Assembly (NCBI GenBank): GCA_038128265.1
Contig: JAYPJE010000010.1
Coordinates: forward strand, 52,475 to 94,690
Length of the DNA stretch: 42,216 nucleotides
Direction: 5' to 3'
Source: Gemmatimonadota bacterium
GTDB taxonomy: Bacteria > Latescibacterota > UBA2968 > UBA8231
Part shown: positions 35,365 through 42,216 of the stretch, in pieces
Layout: each line of letters opens with the position of its first letter
Numbering within the stretch: the first letter of the stretch is position 1
The notes under the pieces: generated by a model
Seen by the model: only the letters and a program-made list of their open reading frames with translations
What the model was told of the DNA's origin: nothing
Database searches by the model: none
Program-made: the position numbers and the translations under genes

Positions 35365-36687
35365 CTATCGACGCGGACTAATCGACGTGCGGTAGCGCTG
35401 CTCCACCCAGGTTAGTGCCTCCTCCCGGCTGTGCAGCGCCCCCTCCAGCTGGGCATCTTCCAACCGCTCTAACACACGGCCTACCATCGGGCCAGGTTCC
35501 ATGCCCAGCGCCAGCAGATCGCGCCCGCTGAGTAAGGGCGACGGACGCAGATCTTCCTCGCCCAGGTCGTCCAACTGCCCCAGACAGTACTCGTACAGAT
35601 CCATTTTGCGGTGACAGCCCATGCAGTCGGCGCGGTGTAATTCCAGCAGTTGGGCAAACGCATCCTGACGTAAAAAGCGCCGACGCTTGCTCTCGCGCAT
35701 ATCGGGCACGTTGCGAATCCGCATGTGCTGTACAACCAGGTCGCAAATGCGCGTGCTGCGCGCATTAGACATGCGCAGACGACGACAGATGTGCTCGGCC
35801 ATACGCGCCCCCACCACATCGTGGCGATTAAAGCGGATGCGATCGCGGACTTCAAACGTCGGTTTTTTACCAATGTCGTGCAGCAACGCGGCCCAGGCTA
35901 GCTCGGCCGGCGGCTCGCGCAGCTGATCCATAACGAGCAGCACGTGGTTCCACACGTCGCCCTCCGGATGGAATTCCGGCGGTTGCTGCACGCCGCGCAG
36001 GTCGGCCACTTCGGGCAGCACGACTCGGAGGAGCCCGCTGTCCATGAGCAGTTCCAGTCCGCGCACTACGCCGCGCTCCGTCAGCATACGCGTCAGCTCG
36101 TCCTCAATCCGCTCAGGGCTGACGGCATCGATTCGAGGGGCATGGGCACAGAGCGCCGCGTAGGTCGATTCTTCAATGGCAAAGCCGAGGCGCGCGGCAA
36201 AGCGCACACAGCGCAGCAGGCGCAGGTAGTCTTCGGCAAAGCGCTCGACGGGATCGCCGATGGCGCGCAGGAGACCGCGCTCGATATCGGCGCGCCCACC
36301 GACGTAGTCGATTATTTCGCGGTTGGCTGGGTCAAAAAAGAGGCCGTTGATGGTGAAATCGCGTCGCAAGGCATCGGCGCGCGCATCGGCCGCTTCCACG
36401 CTGGTTGGATGCCGCCCGTTGACGTAGGGCCCGTCGCGGCGAAAGCGCGCCACTTCGTAATGGCCCTCTTCGAGCACGACGACGCAGATGCCGAAGTGCG
36501 CCCCCACCGGCAGCGTGCGCGCAAAGAGCGAAGCCACCTGATCCGGATCGGCATCGGTGGCAATATCCCAATCCTTGGCCGTGCGCCCCATGAGCAGGTC
36601 GCGCACACAGCCGCCAGCCAGCAGCGCCCGGTGCCCGGCCGCGCGCAGCGTCTCCACCACGCGCAGGGCACCGCGGTCAAGCTCCAT
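35365..36687 (-). CDS. cca: CCA tRNA nucleotidyltransferase with HD domain
   Basis: GGCVRDLLMG, DWDIAT, RRDFTING, RFAEDYLRLLR, HPEGDVWNH, LLHDIGK. Confidence 0.9.
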   Translation of the reverse strand: MELDRGALRVVETLRAAGHRALLAGGCVRDLLMGRTAKDWDIATDADPDQVASLFARTLPVGAHFGICVVVLEEGHYEVARFRRDGPYVNGRHPTSVEAADARADALRRDFTINGLFFDPANREIIDYVGGRADIERGLLRAIGDPVERFAEDYLRLLRCVRFAARLGFAIEESTYAALCAHAPRIDAVSPERIEDELTRMLTERGVVRGLELLMDSGLLRVVLPEVADLRGVQQPPEFHPEGDVWNHVLLVMDQLREPPAELAWAALLHDIGKKPTFEVRDRIRFNRHDVVGARMAEHICRRLRMSNARSTRICDLVVQHMRIRNVPDMRESKRRRFLRQDAFAQLLELHRADCMGCHRKMDLYEYCLGQLDDLGEEDLRPSPLLSGRDLLALGMEPGPMVGRVLERLEDAQLEGALHSREEALTWVEQRYRTSISPRR

Positions 36688-37673
36688 CAGCGCACCTTGA
36701 AGTCTTCCACCGCGCTAACGGAGTTTTCTACGCCCTCTTCGCGCGTGCTAGCAATCACCTTCCAGTAGTAGATCTGACCCGTTTCCAGTTTCGCCTGCTG
36801 GCCACCTGAAAGAGAGCGTCCCTTGAAAACAGCCGTCGTATCGGCCGTCAGGTCCATTTCTGAGATCTCGCCGCTGGTGGGAGAGGTCGTGACAATCACG
36901 CGGTAGGAAAGGGCGTTGGGTACTGGATGCCAAGCAAAAGCGGCCTGCGGAGAGGCCAGCTCGCCGTCAATCGGCGCGGCTAGCCGCACGACCGGCAGCG
37001 CCACGTCGCTGGCCGCCACCGAACCGGCGCTTTCCTTACCGCCGCGGTCGTAGGCCGTCACCTGGTAGTAATAGACCATCCCGACTTCGATCGCCCGGTC
37101 GATATAGCGCGCAGCCTCCACCTCGGCGTGCAGCGCTTCGGCCGTCGGCGCAAAGACTTCCTCCGTAGAGCGGTACACGCGATAGCCCAACAAATCGGCC
37201 TCGCTATTGGCATCCCAGTCGAGGGCAATTTCCAATTGATCAAAAATTTCGATGTTGTGGGCTATGGCGCGCAGTGAAGTAGGAGCCAGCGGGGCCAGAT
37301 TGTTAAACGGCTGACCGGATACGGCATTGGAGCGCGCGCCCTCTCGACCAAAATTGTCTACCGCTGCTACATAGTAGGTGTATTCGACTTCGTATTGGAG
37401 TCCGCGGTCGCCGAACTGCGTGCGAAACGTCGAATCGACTGCGGCTACGGGTTCGCCCGCCGCACTGCGGTAGACCACGTAGATGACATCGCCCTCATCG
37501 GCAATGGCTCCCCAGCTCAGTTGGATCTCTCCATCGCCGATCTGGGTGACGCGCAGCACGGGTGCTTCCGGCTGCGAACCCTCGTCCGGGCCGGCCGCCG
37601 ATTTCTCGCTCCCGCTGCAACTCGACAGCGCGGCGACGAGCAGCCCGCCCACAATACAACGCAGTATGTTCAT
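36687..37673 (-). CDS. Lipoprotein with fibronectin type III-like repeats
   Basis: Lipobox LSSC after MNILRCIVGGLLVAA. Repeated L.W...Y.VYRS...Y.Y.V.A.D..G.E pattern. Start ATG 37673. Confidence 0.82.
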   Translation of the reverse strand: MNILRCIVGGLLVAALSSCSGSEKSAAGPDEGSQPEAPVLRVTQIGDGEIQLSWGAIADEGDVIYVVYRSAAGEPVAAVDSTFRTQFGDRGLQYEVEYTYYVAAVDNFGREGARSNAVSGQPFNNLAPLAPTSLRAIAHNIEIFDQLEIALDWDANSEADLLGYRVYRSTEEVFAPTAEALHAEVEAARYIDRAIEVGMVYYYQVTAYDRGGKESAGSVAASDVALPVVRLAAPIDGELASPQAAFAWHPVPNALSYRVIVTTSPTSGEISEMDLTADTTAVFKGRSLSGGQQAKLETGQIYYWKVIASTREEGVENSVSAVEDFKVR

Positions 37674-37792
37674 CTGTTTCCCCTTTGCCTCACCAGCAAA
37701 GGTACCACGGTCGGGGGTTTTTGGGCAAGCGGCTTGCCCCCGCACGGGGCGGATTCAGATTCCAACGCACCGACTCGTGCACCCAGCACAGA

Positions 37793-38095
37793 TCAGGTGT
37801 GCCGTGTAGCCTCCCACTCGCCGCGCCAGTATTCACCGAGGTCGACTTCGCCGCGCAGCACGTCCCCCTCCAGCACGCCGCGAAAACCGTACGTTGCGCC
37901 CACGGCCTGATAGTGCATAGGCACGCGTAGAAAGAGTTCGCTTCCCTCGACTCGGCCGCTCACCTCGCGCTCGCCATACTGCGACCGGTAACGCCCGTGT
38001 ACTTGATCGCCGTCTTGCTCTATCTGCATCGAGTGGGTAGCCTCACCACGCACAAAGCGGATATGCACAACCCACGTCCCATTTACGCTGGCCAT
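37793..38095 (-). CDS. Small beta-rich protein partnered with the SelA-like enzyme
   Basis: 100 aa from ATG 38095 with AGGAGG RBS; GTW.V.I...G.V.G...F.G...G.VDLGEY..GEW.A. Confidence 0.75.
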   Translation of the reverse strand: MASVNGTWVVHIRFVRGEATHSMQIEQDGDQVHGRYRSQYGEREVSGRVEGSELFLRVPMHYQAVGATYGFRGVLEGDVLRGEVDLGEYWRGEWEATRHT

Positions 38096-38105
38096 CGCCT
38101 GCCTC

Positions 38106-39206
38106 CTATAGCGCTGAGAGTATTTCGTGGAGACGACCCGCCACAACGTCGGCATCGCCTTCTTCCATCATATAAGGCATAACGGAAAAGCCCCGTTCAC
38201 TGCTAAATACCTCAATGCGCGGCGATCCATCCGAAAGCAGCGCAGCTACCTCGTTTCCGGTAGCCCCCAGCGTCTTCGGGTCCCATTCAATGGCCAACAC
38301 CGGTGCAACATTTGAGCGGCCGGGTTGGCGCAGTGCAGTCTGCACCGAAGGATACGCTTCTACAACATCGGCCACCTGCTGCAGGCGCGCTTCCCAGGCT
38401 TTCCATTCGGCCTGATGATCGCGCTCCACCCACTGTTCAACGGCGGCCAACATCCCCATAATCTCCTCTTTGCCTACTTTCATCGGCCGCCCGAGCGCGT
38501 GGTGTGGCGCCCCGTTGATAAAGGCAGCCTGCAAAAGCTCCTTGCTGCCCAGCACAAGGCCCGCAGCTTGGGGGCCGCGCAGGCATTTCCCCCCGCTGTA
38601 GCCCACGGCATCTACCCCCTGCTGCAGATACCAATTGGGCACGTCCGGTCGCTCAGCTGCCGCGTCGACAAAGGTCGGCACGCCGTGTTCCCTGCCAATC
38701 GCAGCCATCTCACCCACCGAAATCTGACCGCGCTCGGCCGCATCGCCAAAGACCAGCAGCATGGCCGTCCGCTCGCTTAACGCCGCTTGTAAATCTGCGC
38801 GCGTTGCGACTTCAATCAGGCGAACACCGACCATGCGCACGGCGTGATCGTAGGTGTGGCGATGGCTCGACTGAACAATGACCTCGTTTTTCATTCCCGT
38901 CGTATCCGGCAGCCGCGCCATTTTTTCTGGATCGGTACCAGCGACACAGGCCGCAGTAATTTGGCACAGGGCGGCCGCACAGCCGTTGGTAACCAACCCC
39001 CACTCACACTGCATTAGCTCGGCGATCCGCGCCCCAACGGCCTCCATCAACTCTTCGATATGCACATAGCGCTGTGAGGCCTCAAACATGGCCTGGCGCA
39101 CCTGCGGTAACATCACCGAGCCGCTGATAATCGTGTAGGTCCCCTTGCAGTTTATCAGCGGTCGCACGCCAATGCCTTCATAGGTCGGAACGTTTAGTTC
39201 ACTCAT
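38106..39206 (-). CDS. SelA-like PLP-dependent enzyme (DgaE/aminotransferase class V-like)
   Basis: INCKGTYTIISGS, VTNGCAAA, VDAAAE, YSGGKCLRGPQ (PLP Lys), GRPMKVGKEEIMG. Confidence 0.85.
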   Translation of the reverse strand: MSELNVPTYEGIGVRPLINCKGTYTIISGSVMLPQVRQAMFEASQRYVHIEELMEAVGARIAELMQCEWGLVTNGCAAALCQITAACVAGTDPEKMARLPDTTGMKNEVIVQSSHRHTYDHAVRMVGVRLIEVATRADLQAALSERTAMLLVFGDAAERGQISVGEMAAIGREHGVPTFVDAAAERPDVPNWYLQQGVDAVGYSGGKCLRGPQAAGLVLGSKELLQAAFINGAPHHALGRPMKVGKEEIMGMLAAVEQWVERDHQAEWKAWEARLQQVADVVEAYPSVQTALRQPGRSNVAPVLAIEWDPKTLGATGNEVAALLSDGSPRIEVFSSERGFSVMPYMMEEGDADVVAGRLHEILSAL

Positions 39207-39316
39207 ATCCCTCTCCCGAGAAAGTATATCCTATTTTGCCTACCAATCGACCCTGTGCGCACAGAATCCGCGCCCGTCTCAACCCTCGGATGCGTATGCG
39301 TTGCCTCTCAATGCCC

Positions 39317-40723
39317 TTAAATACTGATCGCCTCGCCAAATGCCTCGCCTGCCGCCTCCATAATTGCTTCGGAAAAGGTCGGGTGGGCATGCATGGAGTA
39401 AAGCAGCTCTTCGTACGTCGCCTCGAGCTTGAGCGCCAGGGAGAGTTCGCCAATCAGCTCCGTGGCCTCAGCGCCGACAATCACCCCCCCCAGCAGTTCG
39501 CCGTAGCGGCTGCCAAAAACCAGTTTGACAAAGCCCTCCGTCTCACCCGCTGCACGCGCCTTGCCGCTGGCAGCAAACGGGAAACGACCAACGTTGATCT
39601 CGAGACCCTGCGCCCGCGCTTCGGCTTCGCTCAGGCCAATGCTGGCTACCTGCGGCTGACAGTATATGCAGTTAGGCACCTGCCCGCGATCGACCTCTGG
39701 TCGCTGACGACCGGCCATAAACTCGACTGCAGCAATGCCCTCAGCAGACGCTACGTGTGCCAGCTGCGGCGGACCGGCCACGTCGCCAATGGCCCAGACA
39801 CCCTCTACCGACGTGCGCTGGCGACCATCGACTTCGATAGCGCCATTCCGCATGCGCACGCCGAGCGCCTCAAGCCCGAGGCCCGCGCTCTGCGCACCAA
39901 CGCCTACGGCCATAAGCACGCGTTCCACCACAAGGGTCTCCTCTTTCTCTCCCACCGCGTAGTGCACCTTCACCCCCTTCGCACTGCGTTTCACATCGGC
40001 TATGTGTGCCCCCGTCGCAATGCGAATGCCCTGCTTTTCCAAGCTGTCGTGCAGGGCCGCAGCCGCTTCCTCGTCTTCGCGCGGCAGAATATGCGGCAGC
40101 GACTCTAGCAGCGTGACTCGACTGCCAAACGCATTGAAAAAGTAGGCGAATTCTACGCCAATCGCGCCGGCACCGACAATCGCAATTTCGGAGGGGATGG
40201 CCTTTAGCACCATCGCCTGGCGGCTGGAGAGTATGCGCTCCCCGTCGATGTCGACGCCCGGCAGCGATCGGGGCTGACTGCCAGTGGCGATGAGGATCTG
40301 TTCAGCCTCGAGCGTGCCGATAACATCTTCACCAGAATCGCGGACTTCGACCTGACGCAGCGGCGTAATGCGCCCACTGCCCTCGACCACTTCAACGCCA
40401 TTTTTCTTCATCAGGTATTGAACGCCACGCGCGAGCTCATCGGCCGTGGCGCGCGAGCGCGCGACGATCTTTGACCAGTCGAATTGCGCCTCGCCCAGTG
40501 CAAGGCCAAACTCATCGGCCCGCCCCATCAACCGCCACACTTCCGCTTGGCGCAGCAACGCCTTGGTCGGAATGCAGCCCCAGTTAAGGCACACGCCGCC
40601 CAGCCGTTCCCGTTCGACCAGCGCCACTTGCATACCCAATTGCCGTGCGCGGATAGCCGCCGTATAGCCCCCTGGTCCCCCGCCGATCACGACGAGATCA
40701 TACTGTTTTTCTTTGTCGTCCAT
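39317..40723 (-). CDS. lpdA: Dihydrolipoamide dehydrogenase
   Basis: GGGPGGY, GGVCLNWGCIPTK, GAGAIGVE, AIGDV, HAHPTFSE. Confidence 0.97.
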   Translation of the reverse strand: MDDKEKQYDLVVIGGGPGGYTAAIRARQLGMQVALVERERLGGVCLNWGCIPTKALLRQAEVWRLMGRADEFGLALGEAQFDWSKIVARSRATADELARGVQYLMKKNGVEVVEGSGRITPLRQVEVRDSGEDVIGTLEAEQILIATGSQPRSLPGVDIDGERILSSRQAMVLKAIPSEIAIVGAGAIGVEFAYFFNAFGSRVTLLESLPHILPREDEEAAAALHDSLEKQGIRIATGAHIADVKRSAKGVKVHYAVGEKEETLVVERVLMAVGVGAQSAGLGLEALGVRMRNGAIEVDGRQRTSVEGVWAIGDVAGPPQLAHVASAEGIAAVEFMAGRQRPEVDRGQVPNCIYCQPQVASIGLSEAEARAQGLEINVGRFPFAASGKARAAGETEGFVKLVFGSRYGELLGGVIVGAEATELIGELSLALKLEATYEELLYSMHAHPTFSEAIMEAAGEAFGEAISI

Positions 40724-40738
40724 AGACTTTTCACTCGA

Positions 40739-40766
40739 TTGACACTAGTGGAGAAGGTGATAATTT
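40739..40766 (+). promoter_or_regulatory. Putative sigma-70 promoter for rnhA
   Basis: TTGACA-N16-TAATTT with a TGn extended -10. Confidence 0.4.
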
Positions 40767-40819
40767 AGCAAGATTCATCTCCCTGGCAATTTTTCACCGA
40801 CACATCAACGAGGACGCGC

Positions 40820-41275
40820 GTGACGGAGACGAAGATTTACACAGATGGAGCCTGTTCGGGTAACCCAGGCCCCGGAGGTTGGGCCACCCGCATACGCTAC
40901 GCAAATGGCACAATATGCGAATTAGGCGGGTTTGCCCCCGAGACGACCAATAATCGGATGGAATTACAGGCCGCTATCGAGGCGCTAAAAAACATCGACA
41001 GCAGCGATCGCATTACCATCGTAACGGACAGCGAATACGTGCTCAAGGGCATTACCGAGTGGATACACGGCTGGAAGCGCCGAGGATGGCGCACGGCCGC
41101 CAAAAAGCCCGTCCTCAATCAGGATCTGTGGCAGCAGTTGGATGCGCTCAACAGCGCCGCTGTGCGCTGGGAATACACGCGCGGACACGCCGGCGACCCC
41201 GACAACGAGCGCTGCGACGAGATCGCCCAGGCCTTTTCGCGCGGAGAGGAACCTGCGCTGCGGGTCGATAGCTGA
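40820..41275 (+). CDS. rnhA: Ribonuclease HI
   Basis: [29 protein letters not shown]...GW, GHAG...NERCD. Confidence 0.97.
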   Translation: MTETKIYTDGACSGNPGPGGWATRIRYANGTICELGGFAPETTNNRMELQAAIEALKNIDSSDRITIVTDSEYVLKGITEWIHGWKRRGWRTAAKKPVLNQDLWQQLDALNSAAVRWEYTRGHAGDPDNERCDEIAQAFSRGEEPALRVDS

Positions 41276-41287
41276 AACCCAGCCCGC

Positions 41288-42064
41288 TCAGCCGATCCAG
41301 CCGCGCAGCGCGTACACGCACCAGCCGATGTATTCTTTTATCGCCACGCTCGACAGCTCGAGTCCATACGCCGACGGCAGCAGTCCCCACAGGCTAAACG
41401 GCCGGTCGACGCAGTGCACGTCGGTAGGGGCCGGTACAAACGAAATATCGAATGCGGCAAACGCCGCTGCTGCCCGCGGCATATGCGATGCCGATGTGAC
41501 CAGCAGTGCACTATTCCACCCCTTTTCGCGCATGGTCTGAGCCGCATACTGCGCGTTTTCGCGCGTGTTGCGCGAGCGCTCTTCTAACACGAGCGCTTTT
41601 TCTGGAATACCCGCCTCTAGTGCGAGCGCGCGGTACTGCTGCGCCTCGCTCTGCTCGACGCCGGTCAACTCGACGATATTGCCCCCGCTGAGCAATAGGT
41701 GCGCAGCCTTACCCGCCCGCAATAGACGCATGCCGTGCAGCAGACGATCAAAGCTGTCGGCCACCTCTATGTGCACGCGCGGCTTCAGCGCAGGCACCGT
41801 CGCCCCACCCAACACAATGATCACATCGGCGGGTGGACTTTCTTCTGCCCGCATAGCCGGATAGCGCGTCTCCAAGTGGCCAAGGAGCGCATCGCCGGTG
41901 CACGACGCACTGAAAAAGAGCAGCAGGGAAAAACCGGTCCAGAGCAGCCGCATACTCCAACGGGGATATACAAAGCGCGCTGCAATAGCCAATAACCACA
42001 GCAGGGCTGCGATGCCCATCGGCGAAACCAGCGGTGTTAGCAGCTTTGCAATAAGGGGAAACAT
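41288..42064 (-). CDS. YdcF/DUF218 family membrane protein (ElyC/SanA-like)
   Basis: IIVLGG, LLSGG, SEA, EERSRNTRENA, LVTSASHMPRA, PAPTD, KEYIG. Confidence 0.9.
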   Translation of the reverse strand: MFPLIAKLLTPLVSPMGIAALLWLLAIAARFVYPRWSMRLLWTGFSLLLFFSASCTGDALLGHLETRYPAMRAEESPPADVIIVLGGATVPALKPRVHIEVADSFDRLLHGMRLLRAGKAAHLLLSGGNIVELTGVEQSEAQQYRALALEAGIPEKALVLEERSRNTRENAQYAAQTMREKGWNSALLVTSASHMPRAAAAFAAFDISFVPAPTDVHCVDRPFSLWGLLPSAYGLELSSVAIKEYIGWCVYALRGWIG

Positions 42065-42216
42065 CGGTCGGAAATATTACCTCAATTGCCTATAGAAGAT
42101 AGATAGCTGCGCACGCCTTCGCTGCGCCTATCGTCGGCCGCCAGTTTGAGAAAACGATTAAAGTGGCCCTGCGCTTAAACGGTCTCCACAGCCTGCACGC
42201 TCAGTTATCCCCATAC

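Noticed and set aside
35365..36687. Poly(A) polymerase PcnB
   Set aside because: It lacks the G(R/K)RF-type PAP signature and has an HD domain, which fits a CCA-type enzyme. CC- or A-adding specificity cannot be excluded.
38106..39206. Calling this gene selA, the Sec synthase serving the Sec-FDH
   Set aside because: It is short, lacks a recognisable SelA N-terminal tRNA-binding region, has DgaE-like motifs (GRPMKVGKEE), and has no selB or selC nearby.
39236..40108. Long antisense ORFs (290 aa here; also 35944-36768, 7695-8423, 9141-9887)
   Set aside because: They are shadow frames of well-supported genes in GC-rich DNA and carry no recognisable motifs.
42065..42216. Partial gene at the right edge
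   Set aside because: No convincing reading frame or motif; it looks like the upstream region of the YdcF gene.
1..42216. CRISPR array, tRNA/rRNA, IS or prophage
   Set aside because: By eye I found no regularly spaced direct repeats, cloverleaf or rRNA signatures, transposase, integrase or phage genes.

Overview
GC-rich bacterial chromosomal window with about 36 genes and no rRNA, tRNA, CRISPR array or mobile element that I can support. A C-terminal 'DFNDDGxVDFDDFFxF' dockerin-like tag and the gene mix suggest a Latescibacterota-like (FCB-group) organism; this is inference. Contents: an M20 deacylase; a GINT1-like protein, a sulfotransferase and a GT4; hom-apgM-like-asd; a methyltransferase-flippase-TMTC-like TPR operon; an NAD-linked formate dehydrogenase (NuoE/F fusion plus an alpha subunit that the ORF track splits at an in-frame UGA with a SECIS-like hairpin, so one selenoprotein); fdhD, sulfatase, DUF362 and a Na+/solute symporter; an XPB-like helicase with a DUF790/Bax1 nuclease; a YitJ-type methyltransferase/MetF fusion; a CCA-adding enzyme; a SelA-like PLP enzyme; lpdA, rnhA and YdcF. 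The most notable unannotated signal lies in the 14512-14881 intergenic gap. There a perfect sigma-54 promoter with an IHF-like site upstream points into a roughly 80-nt non-coding stretch that ends in a 17-bp hairpin plus U-tract, a candidate sigma-54-dependent small RNA. Also found: a palindromic operator overlapping the promoter of the methionine gene, and a 25-bp motif recurring in four intergenic regions.
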